A stretch of DNA of 64,000 nt from Dehalococcoidia bacterium (GCA_009377745.1 WHTK01000016.1:1328-65327); one strand, 5' to 3'; positions 31,275 through 42,901 are shown, numbered from the stretch's first letter. The notes: a model not told the origin generated them from the sequence alone. Made by a program: numbers and translations.

Positions 31275-31462
31275 AATACATCAAGGGATTTGGCTACTTC
31301 TGGTATGACTTCATCGTTGGAGACTCGATCCTCCTGGCGATCGGTGGCGTAGGAGCCCTTGCCCTTGCCTACATTGCGGTCGCTGCCGGGGGAGCTGCGG
31401 CCGCCGAGGTCGTCCTGCCCCTGGTGGTCATCGGCACGATCGTCGCTAGCCTTATCCACTAA
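31271..31462 (+). CDS. Small membrane protein
   Basis: FWYDFIVGD motif and two TM helices; translationally coupled to the upstream gene. Confidence 0.7.
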   Translation: MKYIKGFGYFWYDFIVGDSILLAIGGVGALALAYIAVAAGGAAAAEVVLPLVVIGTIVASLIH

Positions 31463-31493
31463 CGGCTTACGTAGCCCAGAAAGAAGACGCTTG

Positions 31494-32240
31494 ATGACTG
31501 AGATGCCCTTAAACGGTGGTGCTGCCAGACGCCGCTCACGGTGTCAAGTTCACCGACACCCTGGAGATCGACCAGGAGGCCCACCGGCTCTATGCCGGTG
31601 ACACCTGAGGCGCGCTTCCTGAAGACGGTGCGCATGCGGGCAGCCTCTTTGGCATCTGCGTTGCGAAGAATGTCAATAAGGTCTTCGTCGGGCTTTCAGG
31701 CAGTGGCCTCGCCATCATCGATATCGATCCGGCGTCGGCGACGGCCGATACGATTATCGCGCGCATCAGTACGGTGGTACCGGTAACGCCGGCCTCATCG
31801 ACTACGCCGCGGACCTCAGGAAGGTCTACATCGCCAACCGTAACGAGGGCTTCATGGCCGTGGTCGATGCGGTTAACAACGTCCTGTTAAAGAAGATCGA
31901 GGGCCTTGGCGGGGGTCTTGAGCAGCCGCGCTTCAACCCGTCGGACGGCATGGTTTACCTCGCCGGCAATACCGACGACGTCCTCTACTAGATCGACGCC
32001 TCGACTGACGAGCTCGTAGCCACCTACCCGCTGGACGAGGACTGTCACCCCAACGGCATGGCGATAAACCCGGACACGGGCGAGGTCCTCCTCGCCTGCG
32101 CCAATCGCCAGCGGCCGCATACCGTCATCTTCGACCTCAAGGATAAGAAGATTGCATCCGTGATCGGCGAATCGGGGGCCGGTGACGGCGCCGTCTACGA
32201 CCCCGTCGCTGGGCGATTCTTTTTCGCGGCATCCGGGTGG
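31494..32240 (+). pseudogene. YncE-like beta-propeller pseudogene
   Basis: LEQPRFNP, CHPNGMAINP, GDGAVYDP; frameshifts, an in-frame TAG near 31989, and truncation. Confidence 0.65.
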
Positions 32241-32297
32241 CATGACGCACCGGCCCGTGTCGGAGTCACCCGAATTGGCAAAGGGCGTTTTTATGGT

Positions 32298-32531
32298 CTA
32301 CAAGGCGAAGAAGAGGTAGGGCCAGCCCAGACCGAGCGCGACGAGGATCGCCACGAGCGGGACTGTCCGGAGGCTGCGCAGTAGAACAGGCGACGCGAGA
32401 AGCATCGCCGCACCGAGAAGAATTAGCACCCAACCGACATCCGTAAAGGCGGCGAGCCAGCCGCCAGCGATGAACAACGGTCCGAACGCGAGCGCCAGTA
32501 TGCCATAGAACCGGCGATCTTCCGCCTTCAT
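32298..32531 (-). CDS. Small membrane protein
   Basis: Three hydrophobic helices; RBS AGGAG. Confidence 0.55.
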   Translation of the reverse strand: MKAEDRRFYGILALAFGPLFIAGGWLAAFTDVGWVLILLGAAMLLASPVLLRSLRTVPLVAILVALGLGWPYLFFAL

Positions 32532-33348
32532 CGTTCTACTCCTGCCGGTTCGGCTCTTGGAACTCCTCGAAACTGCGCAACATCCCCAACCTAATCTTAC
32601 CGCCGTTCTCTTGCGAAGACAGCCGCATCAGCACGACTGAATCTCGCAAGCGGTCCAATAAGAGTCAGGCCAAACTAGCGCTGAATTCTTTTTTGGCAAG
32701 ATCGAAGGTTGGACTGGAGTTGGAGCTGAGCAAGCTCGTTGTGGACTGTTTGGACCGGATTTGTGGACTGGATTTGGACTGACGCACGTCACAGTACTTT
32801 CAGGTCGCTCGAAATGGATCTCTGTCCTATCGCGCTGTAGAGGCGGGGGGTCGTCCTCATTCGCGAGCCGCGACGCGGGGGTCACTGCCAGGTCCCCTTC
32901 TCAAGCCTCGGCACTCTCACAAGCCGACTGGCCACTCGCTTGGCTTGCGCCAGTTTGAATGTCATTGCCCTCATAATCATGCCAGCTTCAAACGGACCAT
33001 CACCGCTTAGGATCCACATCGCCGGAATGGTCCTCGCGCATCTTCATAATTAACGTCGACTGTTCTATCAGCGTAACGCAGAACTTACGCAAACGAATCT
33101 ATTCCCTACCGTGGAGCGGTCGGCATCAGCTTAGAACTAATGTTTCTATCTGTCAATGCGCTGAGGGATACGACGGTGGCCTGTAAATGAATTTTGTGGC
33201 TGGATAAGCGATGCCTGGGAGGCTGGCTATCGTACTTGGACCTTCAACCAGCCGGCCGAATAGGCAATTAGCCTCATCCCTGGAAGCCTCATCTGTTCGC
33301 CTGTGTCGGCCCTGACGGTTGCTCCAGTGTCGTGGTACGATGAGTGCC

Positions 33349-33591
33349 ATGAGGACTACCATAGACAAAGCCGGACGCTTGGTGATTCCCCGTGCCTTGC
33401 GCAATCGCATCGGTTTGGCTGGAGGCGGAGAGGTCGAAATCGAGGTCGACGGCGCTGCAATCCGCATCGAGCCGGTCGTTGGCGGCGAGCTCCGAGAGGA
33501 TAGCGGCCTGCTGCTCATTCCGGCGACCGGGAGGTCAATCGACGACACCCTAGTGCGCGAGCTAATCGATGTCGACCGACACAGACGTTGA
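33349..33591 (+). CDS. vapB: AbrB/MazE-type antitoxin
   Basis: MRTTIDKAGRLVIPRALR. Confidence 0.88.
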   Translation: MRTTIDKAGRLVIPRALRNRIGLAGGGEVEIEVDGAAIRIEPVVGGELREDSGLLLIPATGRSIDDTLVRELIDVDRHRR

Positions 33592-34006
33592 CGGACGTCA
33601 AGTTGTCCTGCTCGACACTAGCACCGCCGTAGCTCTGGTCCTCGAAGATCATGAGGCCCACGACTCCACGCTCGACGCTGTTCGAGGCCGCCGGTTGGGT
33701 CTGGCCGGGCACGCCTGGTTTGAGACGTACTCGGTCCTGACGCGCCTGCCGGCTGGACTGCGTCGTTCGCCAGCCGATGCCCTGCGTATCCTGGCTCGCA
33801 ACTTTCCTGCCTCGGAATTTCTCGGTGCGGCAGAGGCGGCCGATCTTGTCAGAGAGCTTGCGCGGCTCGGCATCTCCGGTGGTGCAGTCTACGACGCGCT
33901 GGTTGGCGCGGCAGCGAGGCAGCACCGACGGTCGCTCGCTTCCCGCGACGCACGCGCGCGACCCGTCTACGAAGCGCTCGGAGTAGAGACCGAGGTCATT
34001 TCTTAG
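33569..34006 (+). CDS. vapC: PIN-domain toxin
   Basis: LLDTS, ETYSVLTRLP, GGAVYDALV, SRDARA. Confidence 0.88.
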   Translation: MSTDTDVDGRQVVLLDTSTAVALVLEDHEAHDSTLDAVRGRRLGLAGHAWFETYSVLTRLPAGLRRSPADALRILARNFPASEFLGAAEAADLVRELARLGISGGAVYDALVGAAARQHRRSLASRDARARPVYEALGVETEVIS

Positions 34007-34096
34007 TCGCGAGCGCGATGACGGCGTGGCGAACGGCACGCATTCATCGCCATCACTCCTTGAACCTTAGCTGTAAGGTGACTTGAGTCTGGACTA

Positions 34097-34610
34097 CTAT
34101 TTGGACTCTTCACTGCATCGGTCGCCTTGAATGCCTCCCAACATGCCGCGCAGAAGACCTTCGGTCGCTAGCCATTGTTGATTCGGTGGCAGTGCCACGA
34201 GTAGCCGGAGGGCTCGTTCGCCAACTGCCGGTGACACCAATGGGTCGCCGAGTGATCTCACTGTGTCGACAACGCGGGGCGTTAGCTGGAGGAGGCCCAG
34301 CACCTGCGTAACCCTAGCTCGGGAAACGCCAAGCTCGCGCGCTAGAGCCGCCCTCGAGCTTACCTCCCCATCAACCAGTCGCTGCTGCCACGCTTCGGCA
34401 ACAACGATGGGGTTACGCTGTTCACGCTTGGGCTTGGCTGGCTCTGCGACAAAGAGCAACGGTCTAATGCCGATCCGAGCTTCGCCAAACTCGAAGTTTG
34501 GTGCTGAGCTAGAGTGCTTGTAGAATGACCGAAGCGTTGCGAATACGCTAAGCTTCAGCGGAGTTCGGGTGTTCACCCGGCTCGCGGAGCCAACTTAACA
34601 TATATGTTCT
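34097..34610 (-). mobile_element. Repeat module 2: HTH ORF + tRNA-Asn-like 3' end
   Basis: RNPIVVAEAWQ...ARELGVSRARVTQVL; CCGGCTCGCGGAGCCA then ACTTAACATATATGTTCT. Confidence 0.75.
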
Positions 34611-34723
34611 GGCGGGCCGCGTTCGTCCATGGCGCGGTGGCCTTCAAAGCCGATCTTAGCGGAAGTTGCAAGCCGAACGCTGCAGCGTCCTATGATTGAG
34701 TTGAGTCCAAGAGACCTGCCGGG

Positions 34724-35500
34724 CTATGTCGTTTGCCCGCCGTCGATGACCAGGGCGTGCCCGACAACGAACGACGCCGCGTCTGAGCACAGCCAGAGGA
34801 CCGCGGCGGCGATCTCTTCTGGGGTTCCCAGCCGCCCAATTGGCTCCTGCGCGATCACGCGTTCGCGGCCTTCGGGAGTGCCGCCGCTGAAGCGCTGCAT
34901 CATGGCGGTGTCGGTGATCCCAGGGCAGATGGCGTTGATCCGGATGTTGGACGCCGCGTAGTCCAGCGCGGCTGACTTACTGAGGCCGACCACGCCGAAC
35001 TTGGAGGCCGCGTAGGCGACGCCACCGCCGAAACCTTTTACTCCGGCGCCGAGGAGGTATTGACGATCGCGCCGCCGCCCTGCTTGAGCATGAGCGGGCC
35101 CTCGTACTGGAGGCACAAGAACACGCCACGCAGGTTGATGGCGATGATACGGTCCCACTCCTCCTCTGTGGTCTCCGCCGCGGGCTTGGGTCTCCTGCTC
35201 AACGCCGGCGTTGTTGAAGGCGAAGTCGAGGCGTCCGAACGCGCCGATGGCCCTCTGGAGCGCCGCCTGCACATCCTCCGAGCGGCTCACGTCGCACCGG
35301 ACGGCGACCGCGCGCACGCCGCTCTGCTCAATCAAGCTGGCCGTTTCCCGGTTGGCCTCCTCCGCGAGGTCGGCGACTACGACGCCGGCGCCAGCGCGCG
35401 CGAACGCTAGCGCCGCGGCGCGGCCGATACCGCTCGCCGCACCCGTCACGAACGCCACCTTGCCCGCGAAGCTCCTGTCCTGGTTCATTGCAACCACCAC
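34724..35500 (-). pseudogene. SDR oxidoreductase with compensating frameshifts
   Basis: [17 protein letters not shown]; the middle segment lies in the 35038-35274 frame. Confidence 0.8.
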
Positions 35501-35965
35501 CTTCCTCTCGTTGCACCGCTACAAGCGTTCACGGGTGCAGGAGCACCTTGATCGCTTGCCGCTGATCCATTGCCTGGTAGCCGGCGTAGCTGGCGGCCGC
35601 GTCTTAGGACGGTTACGGGACGACGGTGAACGCGGCGATAAGGGAGCGAGAACGCATTCTGCGAGATGAAGTGTTGGATGAGTTGCGCCAAGTGCTCGAG
35701 ATGGACGCGGCCGTGCAGCCGGGGCCGGCCGAGGTCGAACAAGTGCGACATGTGGCCACGATGCACCTCGACGCCTTCAACCGCCGATGCTGAGGGTGAC
35801 CGTTTCGCCACGCCCTGTTATGGCAGGTCGATAGGCTATTGGCACAACGGGAGGCTTTTGCAATCCCCGCCCTCTTTGCGGGAGATCTTCAGCTCTAGCT
35901 AAACTCTCTTAGACCTCGCCAAGTGGATTAACACCCTAATGCCTGGCAGCTAGGAGAATCTCTCA

Positions 35966-38011
35966 ATGGTGCGAAGCAGGGAGCGAGGACGAAGCAAGGA
36001 GCTGGCCTCGCGGGTAGACGAAGTGTTACTCACCGAACAATTGGGCTCGCGGCCGGCCAGACAGCGGAATTACATCGCCGAGCACTCTGCCTTCGTCACG
36101 CTGGCGCGCGAGATGTCGGCGTCGTCCAGTTCGTTCACCCAGTGCCTGTGTGATTTGGCCCTGGAACTCTGCAATGCAGGCAGCGCCGGCATTAGTCTTC
36201 TTAGCAGGGAAGATGGCACGGAAGCGTTGCGCTGGATAGCCCTGTCTGGGGCTTATGCTACCTACGTTGACGGGACCACTCCGCGCGATTTCAGTCCGTG
36301 CGGAACCTGTCTCGATCGCGGCAGCCCTCAGTTATTCTCCTATCCAGAGCGCTATTTCACGTACTTTGCGAAGGTGGAGCCGCCTATTGTTGAGGGGCTG
36401 GTCGTTCCTTTCCGCGCCCATGGCTTGGACTTGGGCACAATTTGGGTTGTTTCCCACGACGACAGCCATAGAGGATTCGATGCCGAGGACGCGAGAGTCC
36501 TAGAGAGCTTCGGAAATTTCGCTGCCGCTGCTCTCCAGCAGGTGCATCTCCGAGAGAACATCAGCGAAAGCGAGCTCGGTCTGCGTCGAATGCTGGATGC
36601 TTTCGGCCTCCCCGTGTACGCCACCGATGCCGAAGGTCTCATTCTCCAGTACAACGAACAAGCTGCGGCCTTGTGGGGGCGAAGGCCGGAAGTCGGCAAG
36701 GATATGTGGTGCGGCTCCTGGAGAATCTTCTCGACCGAAGGGGCGCCGGTCCCGCTTGATGCTTGCCCGATGGCGATTACTTTGCGAGAGAACCGGCCAA
36801 TTCACGATGAGGAGATCATCGTCGAGCGGCCTGATGGCTCGCGCCGCAGGATCCGGCCATACCCGTCTCCGCTCAGGGACGAGTCGGGCAAGCTGGTTGG
36901 CGCTGTCAACATTCTCCTGGATGTGACAGACCAGCGGCGGGGCGAAGAGGCCCTGGCCCGCCTGGCAGCGATCGTTACGTCCTCACAGGACGCAATTGTC
37001 GCGAAAGACCTCAATGGCATTGTTACCGCGTGGAATAGCGGCGCGGAGAGTATGTTCGGCTATTCAGCGGCAGAGGCCGTGGGACAGTCCATCCGTCTCA
37101 TCATTCCGAATTACCGCCAGGACGAGGAGGACCGAGTACTCGAGAGCATCCGCCGTGGCGAGCGAGTAGAACACTTCGAGACCGTGAGGCGCAGGAAAGA
37201 CGGGACGGAGATCCCAATTTCGCTCACCGTTTCGCCCGTAAAGACAGCCTCCGGCCAAATCATTGGTGCATCAAAAATTGCGCGAGACATCAGTGAACGG
37301 AAGAAGGCAGAGGCCGCGCTCAGGCAAGCTCAGGAAATGAAAGACCACTTTCTTAGCCTCATTTCACACGAGCTACGCAACCCGCTGTCGACGATTCTGG
37401 GCAATGGCATCTTGCTGCGCCGTCGAGCCCAGCAACAAGATGAGGCGGACGTGATTCAGGGATTGGACGACATTGTCTCGTCCGCCAGGAAGCTAGATAG
37501 CTATGTCGAAAACCTGCTCATTTTTCAGAGGCTTGAGTCCGGCCAGCTCGAACTAGACCTCTTGTCCCTTCCAGCACTTGCCGTAAAAGGCATTCAGACA
37601 TTCCAGACAGAGAACCCGGCACGCACTATTCGCTTCAACTCTCCGGAGGACGTCAAGCCGTGCTTCGGCCAAGAAGCCTTGGTGTCCTTGGTCATTCAGA
37701 ACCTGCTAGCCAACGCAAATAAATACAGTCCGCCCGAGACTGAAATCGATGTCAGTGTCGTGGCAAATGATAACGGCGACCCGGAGCTCCATGTGATCGA
37801 CCGTGGCATTGGTTTGAACAAAGAAGACATGGCCAGCATATTTACGCCGTTCTACCGCTCCAAGAAAGCGAGGGCTCAAGCCAGCGGTATGGGCCTTGGT
37901 CTGGCAGTGTGTAAGCGGGCCATGGAAGCTCTAGGCGGCTACATTCGCGTCCAAAGTCGCGTGGAAGGCTCCGACTTCTATGTCTGCCTCAAGGCTGCAG
38001 AAGCTGATTAG
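35966..38011 (+). CDS. GAF-PAS-PAS sensor histidine kinase
   Basis: SHELRNPL, NLLANANKY, DRGIG, GMGLGL. Confidence 0.92.
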   Translation: MVRSRERGRSKELASRVDEVLLTEQLGSRPARQRNYIAEHSAFVTLAREMSASSSSFTQCLCDLALELCNAGSAGISLLSREDGTEALRWIALSGAYATYVDGTTPRDFSPCGTCLDRGSPQLFSYPERYFTYFAKVEPPIVEGLVVPFRAHGLDLGTIWVVSHDDSHRGFDAEDARVLESFGNFAAAALQQVHLRENISESELGLRRMLDAFGLPVYATDAEGLILQYNEQAAALWGRRPEVGKDMWCGSWRIFSTEGAPVPLDACPMAITLRENRPIHDEEIIVERPDGSRRRIRPYPSPLRDESGKLVGAVNILLDVTDQRRGEEALARLAAIVTSSQDAIVAKDLNGIVTAWNSGAESMFGYSAAEAVGQSIRLIIPNYRQDEEDRVLESIRRGERVEHFETVRRRKDGTEIPISLTVSPVKTASGQIIGASKIARDISERKKAEAALRQAQEMKDHFLSLISHELRNPLSTILGNGILLRRRAQQQDEADVIQGLDDIVSSARKLDSYVENLLIFQRLESGQLELDLLSLPALAVKGIQTFQTENPARTIRFNSPEDVKPCFGQEALVSLVIQNLLANANKYSPPETEIDVSVVANDNGDPELHVIDRGIGLNKEDMASIFTPFYRSKKARAQASGMGLGLAVCKRAMEALGGYIRVQSRVEGSDFYVCLKAAEAD

Positions 38012-38530
38012 GCGATGTCTCATCTCTTGCACAAGACCCTGCCGTAGGCTACCTCTAAGGCAACACCTCTGAGCGCCGGCTTCTGGACGAGATCCAGGTC
38101 AATCTAGCCCACCGCTGGTTCCTTGGCTACGGCCTGGACGAGCCAGTGCCCGACCACGGCGTGCTCTCCAAAGCACGAGTCCGATTCAGCATGCAGGTCT
38201 TCGAAGCCTTCGTTATAAGACCGTCGACCTCTGCAAAGCAGCCAGCCTAGTCAACGGTGAGACGACTTTCGTCAATTCGACGTTCATGTGAGCCAACATT
38301 GCTATGTCCTCTCTCGAGCCCGCTGCCAGCCACGAGCCACCAGTACCGCGGCGCCAATACGACCTCTGCCGATGCAGTTGCTTAATCAAGTGAGAGCGTG
38401 AGCGAGAGAACCTACCAGCCGCGGACATCCTCAACCTGGTGTGAGGATTGTCCGCGCCAACGAGTGGAACGGCCATCGAGTCGGTGACCATCCGCCCGGT
38501 TCGCCCGAGTGCCAATTCGCTGCGAACGGT

Positions 38531-39121
38531 TCAGAAGATCGAGTAGCCGATCGGCTTGAAGCGCCAGTTGTTCGACTGCTCTGCCGAGCACGCGGTCAGC
38601 CCCACGATAAGGTCTATTTCTGCCCGCACGGCAAAGTGATCTCCCGCCTTCGAGATCGGCGGGCGTACGTCCACGCGGCCGTCGGCCGCCATCTCGATGT
38701 TCATGAAAACGTTGAAGGTCGTAGGTATGCGGTCGGAATCGATGCCGTGCTGGGCGAGCGCGCTGGCCAGATTGCTGAAGCAGCTAGGATGGCCACGATC
38801 GAAGCCGTAGAGGCGCTCGAACATTTCCGCGCTACAGGGCGAGAAAAGGAAATCGTGTCGCGCGACCGTGTCTTCGACAATCGTGAGCATGGCGGTGCTG
38901 CGGTTGGAGTAGAGGACATGGCCGGTGGTGAAGTTGATCGTGCCGGCGTAATCGATTGACCGGCCGGAGGAAAGCCATTCGGCACTATCGGCTAGAGAGA
39001 ACGCAATCAGGTCCGCCACCTGCTCACCCTCCAGGTCCGTGATGCGCAGCGTTCGGCCACGCTCCAAGCTGAAGGCGACGCCGGTCTGCGGTTCGATGCG
39101 GTTCTCCAGAACGGCCTTCAT
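38531..39121 (-). CDS. DUF1989 (urea carboxylase-associated family) protein
   Basis: EGEQVADL, HDFLFSPC, HPSCFSNL, FNVFMN, TACSA. Confidence 0.85.
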   Translation of the reverse strand: MKAVLENRIEPQTGVAFSLERGRTLRITDLEGEQVADLIAFSLADSAEWLSSGRSIDYAGTINFTTGHVLYSNRSTAMLTIVEDTVARHDFLFSPCSAEMFERLYGFDRGHPSCFSNLASALAQHGIDSDRIPTTFNVFMNIEMAADGRVDVRPPISKAGDHFAVRAEIDLIVGLTACSAEQSNNWRFKPIGYSIF

Positions 39122-39152
39122 GGGGCGCTCCTCCACATAGAAAAAAACGGGG

Positions 39153-39914
39153 TTAATCGAAGTGTACCGGGCATTTCCAGGCCTCGCCGACGTTTCGGCC
39201 GGAGTATTGGCGAGCCTCACTATGGTTGCCGTAATCGGCCATCATCGGGTTGACGTCGCCGTGGAGGGTCTGGTCGCGCTCCCGGATCGTGTCGCGGATG
39301 CGTTCGAACTGCTGGTTGGCGCGCAGCCGTTCGAATTGGAAGTGGTCGTTGAACACGAGCGTCGGCCAGGGGAAGCGCCGCGCCCAGCGTTTGCTCGCCG
39401 GTGACAACCCCACGACGAAATAAGCACCACCGGCGAAGCTAAACGAAAAGCTCGTATCCTCCGGATCGTTCGACACGGCAGGGTTCCATGCGAAGTGCTC
39501 CCGGTCCAGCGCATGCAGCGCGCCGAGCTGGCGCCAGAGCAGCGTTTCGAAGGCCTTCATGGTGCGCAGCTTGGGCTCAGCAAAGCTGGCGATAAAGCTC
39601 GTGAATTCGCCAGGAATGCGCTGGCGCTCCTCGGCGAAACGGAAGAGATCGAGCGCCAGGCCGGCTGTCGAATCCGTCGTCGCCAGCTCATCGTGGAGCG
39701 CGAAGCGGTAGCTTGCCTGGTTGACCACGGATTTGGCGCCGACGCAGGGGAAATCGGGATCGTGGAGCACGGCCCGCAGCGCCGCGTGCACGTCCGCCGT
39801 CCTCCGCGATGGCGTCCTGCCGTCACGGAGGATCAGCTGGGTGCCGTTCCAGCGCCCGTAGTTGCTGTTGGCGTAGCCCGCCGGCGTGTCAAAGGGATTG
39901 ATGACGGCAGTCAT
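39153..39914 (-). CDS. YqcI/YcgG family (GntA-like) protein
   Basis: FPCVGAKS, FSFSFAG, RRFPWPTLVFNDHFQFE, SEARQYSGR, WKCP. Confidence 0.85.
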   Translation of the reverse strand: MTAVINPFDTPAGYANSNYGRWNGTQLILRDGRTPSRRTADVHAALRAVLHDPDFPCVGAKSVVNQASYRFALHDELATTDSTAGLALDLFRFAEERQRIPGEFTSFIASFAEPKLRTMKAFETLLWRQLGALHALDREHFAWNPAVSNDPEDTSFSFSFAGGAYFVVGLSPASKRWARRFPWPTLVFNDHFQFERLRANQQFERIRDTIRERDQTLHGDVNPMMADYGNHSEARQYSGRNVGEAWKCPVHFD

Positions 39915-40883
39915 GTCGGCCCCACCGCCTCGGCCAGGCGCCTCTCAAGCTCCCGGGGCGAAGTTGCAGCGCTTGCGATCACGCGGCCGTGATAAGTGAC
40001 GCCGCCGTGGACTACGCGAGACGCGAGCGCTAGCCAACTGCAGACGGCACGCTCGAGCAGCCAGGCAGGTGCGAAAAGGACTGTCGTCGCAGGGAACACC
40101 TGCGATGCAACTTCGCGCTGCCGTCCCATCTCAGCCGCCAAGATTGATATCGCGCCGAGTACCGGGAGGAGGCGCGGCTGCTTCAGTGCAATTGCCACGA
40201 TGGAAGGCAAGAGTGCCAGCTGCCAGAGCAGGCGCCCGGGTCGGGCGAATTCGTCGTACGCCTGGCGGACGCGCTGCGAGAGGAAATGCCGCGCCGCGGG
40301 CGGCCGCCGCGCGACGAACACGTCAGACGCTACAAGCTCACGTCCGCCCGCGGCACGTACCGTCCGCACAAGCTCCAGGTTCTCGAACAAGCAGTCGCCG
40401 TTGTAGCCTCCCGTGGCAAGAAGGACGGAGCGTCGCACGCCGAGCGTCCCGGGCCAGTCCCCGCCGAGCATGCGGTTGAGCAGGCTGCGGACGCTGTCCC
40501 ATTTCGCGTGCCACGGCATCGGCTGGAAGTAATTCTGGGGCCGCAAGACCTCGCAATCGTCCAGCAGCGCTACAACGCGCTGAAGCGATACGTCGTCATA
40601 CCGCACGTCGTCGGCGGCGATCACGAGACGCTCATCCGCCGCCAGGGCAACGCCGGTGAGCACGCCCGCCACTTTGCCGTTCGCGTACTGGAAGGCAGGA
40701 GACACCGGCCCGTGGTCAATGCCCTTCCAGGCGGCCGTCGTGGTAATCGAAGATATCTTCCGGCGAGCCGTCGACAACGATGAGGTGGATGCGTTCGTCC
40801 AGCCAGCGCAGGTAGCCGGTCAGCTCGTCGATGTCACCGGCAGTGCGGAAGCGCAGCGGAAGGATGTAAGTGGCATCGAGCAT
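39911..40883 (-). CDS. GT2 glycosyltransferase, frameshifted near 40740
   Basis: IVVDGS, NGKVAGV, IAADDVRY, QRVRQAYD. Confidence 0.8.
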
Positions 40884-41716
40884 CAGGCCGCGCCTCCCGG
40901 TACCACGCCGACGGCCAGTACCTGCACCTCGCAGCCGTAGAAGTCGGCCTGAGACACGAACGGCACACCGCCGTCCTTCGCGATGCTCTGCCACTCCGGT
41001 ATGTCAGCCGCGGGGATATCGCGCTGCATAGCGAGGGCCGCGAGGTAGCTCAGCCAACCGGCCCACAGCTCGGATTCTGCCGGGGTAAGCGGCGCCCAGC
41101 GCTCGATCAGGACCGAGTGCTGCTCAACCGCGACGAAGCCCGCTCCCTCGAGCAGCCGCCGGAGATCACGCCCGCGAAGCGAGCCGGCCGACTCGGGCGG
41201 GGCATCGGGCGCGCGGAAGCAGGCCTCGGCAAGGTGACTGAAGAGAAACGGATCGGCCGGGCTGGCCTTGAACACCAGCATGTCAACGTCCTTGATCGCC
41301 ATCCGGCCGCCGGGTCGAATGATCCGCCTCTGGTACTGGAGCGCACTGGCAAGCTGGGCATCCGTGAGGTACTGAGCCGTGTTCGACGTCCAGACGGCGT
41401 CGAAGCTGCCGGTTGCGAACGGCAGCTCCACGAGCGTCGCGACCGCCACATCGCCTGTGCCCAACTTCGCGGCCGAGCGGTAGCAGTTCTCGATGGCCAT
41501 GTCGAGGCAGACGATACGTCCTTCCGGGCCAACCGCTTCGCGCAGCCAGGGGATAAAGCTGCCGCTACCGCTGCCGATATCGAGAACGGACCAGCCGCGC
41601 TCGAAGCCTGCTTGGCGGACGAATTCACGATACTCGGGAGCACAGGCAGCCGAATGCACATCCAGCCACCGTTCATCGCTTAGCACATGGCCCGCTGAGG
41701 TCTGTAACGCTGTCAC
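40883..41716 (-). CDS. Class I SAM-dependent methyltransferase
   Basis: VLDIGSGSG, LPFATGSFDAVW, IIRPGG. Confidence 0.88.
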   Translation of the reverse strand: MTALQTSAGHVLSDERWLDVHSAACAPEYREFVRQAGFERGWSVLDIGSGSGSFIPWLREAVGPEGRIVCLDMAIENCYRSAAKLGTGDVAVATLVELPFATGSFDAVWTSNTAQYLTDAQLASALQYQRRIIRPGGRMAIKDVDMLVFKASPADPFLFSHLAEACFRAPDAPPESAGSLRGRDLRRLLEGAGFVAVEQHSVLIERWAPLTPAESELWAGWLSYLAALAMQRDIPAADIPEWQSIAKDGGVPFVSQADFYGCEVQVLAVGVVPGGAA

Positions 41717-42015
41717 CGTAGGCAGCTTCGCCGACGCGGCAGAATGCCGGCGTGAAGCTGGACGCGTGAAGCCTTAATAAGCCGTTGCACTTACGGCCGC
41801 ACCTCAGCTTCGGTTCGATCTGGCCCAATCTTCTCGATGGCCCCAACTACCTTCTGGTTGGCCCTGATCGCGCTTACCCCAACTGGAGCTGGCGGCGAGG
41901 ATTTCGAGTGCCGGACCACGCATGCGGTGAAGCCGGCCTGTACCACATGGCTACGATGGCTCCCGCGTCATCTACGACGGCGCCGTAATTCGGTGCCCAG
42001 CGACCCGCCTGCAGC

Positions 42016-42546
42016 TCAGTCGGCGCTAAGGCCAGGTCTAGGTTCGGATTTTCGAGCGAGATACCAGCCCCCCACCAGAAACAACGCGCCCCATGCGAGG
42101 AAGCCCAGGTCCCATTCAATTGGACCGCCCAGATCGTCCCGGACATGGTGGATGCCAAGAATTTGGTGATTGACTAGGCCCTCAACAACGTTGAAGCCGC
42201 CCCATCCCATGAGAATCACCCCGAGCAAAGGAAGGGACCAGCGAACGTCGTACTGTCGCTCCAGTCGCCAAAGCATAGCTGAACCGATCGCTAGTGCTGT
42301 CCAGCAAACGATGTGAAATAGACCGTCCCAGAATGTGTTGGTTTCTAGCCCTGGTATGGTGGTCATAGGAAAGCGACCGTCGTCGTGCGCAGTGAGCATG
42401 TGGTGCCACTGCAGTAGCTGGTGAAAGATGATTCCGTCGAAGAACCCACCGAAGCCAATGCCGAGAAGGATGCCAGACGTCAGAAGCGGACGGCGTTGCA
42501 CAGTATGAAGGATGCCTACCTTTGCCAAGGCTCTCAAATCGGCCAT
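42016..42546 (-). CDS. DUF2243 membrane protein
   Basis: GGFFDGIIFHQLLQWHHM, DGLFH, HQILGIHHVR. Confidence 0.85.
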   Translation of the reverse strand: MADLRALAKVGILHTVQRRPLLTSGILLGIGFGGFFDGIIFHQLLQWHHMLTAHDDGRFPMTTIPGLETNTFWDGLFHIVCWTALAIGSAMLWRLERQYDVRWSLPLLGVILMGWGGFNVVEGLVNHQILGIHHVRDDLGGPIEWDLGFLAWGALFLVGGWYLARKSEPRPGLSAD

Positions 42547-42901
42547 TGCAAGTGACTCCACTCCAATTCGCGATCCATGGCAGGTTCCTTGTGAGCGCAA
42601 GAAGCAACGGATTGTTACCCTTGGCCCCAGCGTATTTGGCCAGTACGGAGCATCTGGACGTTCAAGTCACCATGGAGAATGGGCAGTCTGAGTTTCAGTT
42701 GCTCTCGTCGCGTTCACCAGCTTCTTCACCTGGCATGGCTGCCCAGCCCGAGTTTGACGGATCACATGTTTCATGGCACTGGGACTAAGCGCCCGACTGG
42801 AGATGCCGTCGATGGAGCCGTGGTGATTGGTGGCGTATCGGTAGGCGCGAAGAGAGGGAGCCGAGTCTTGCTCCCTCTCTATGATGAATGAATGAGACTG
42901 T

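Noticed and set aside
33133..33146. LexA-like AGAAC-TAAT-GTTTC upstream of vapBC
   Set aside because: Imperfect and about 200 bp from the vapB start; vapB has its own nearby promoter-like elements.
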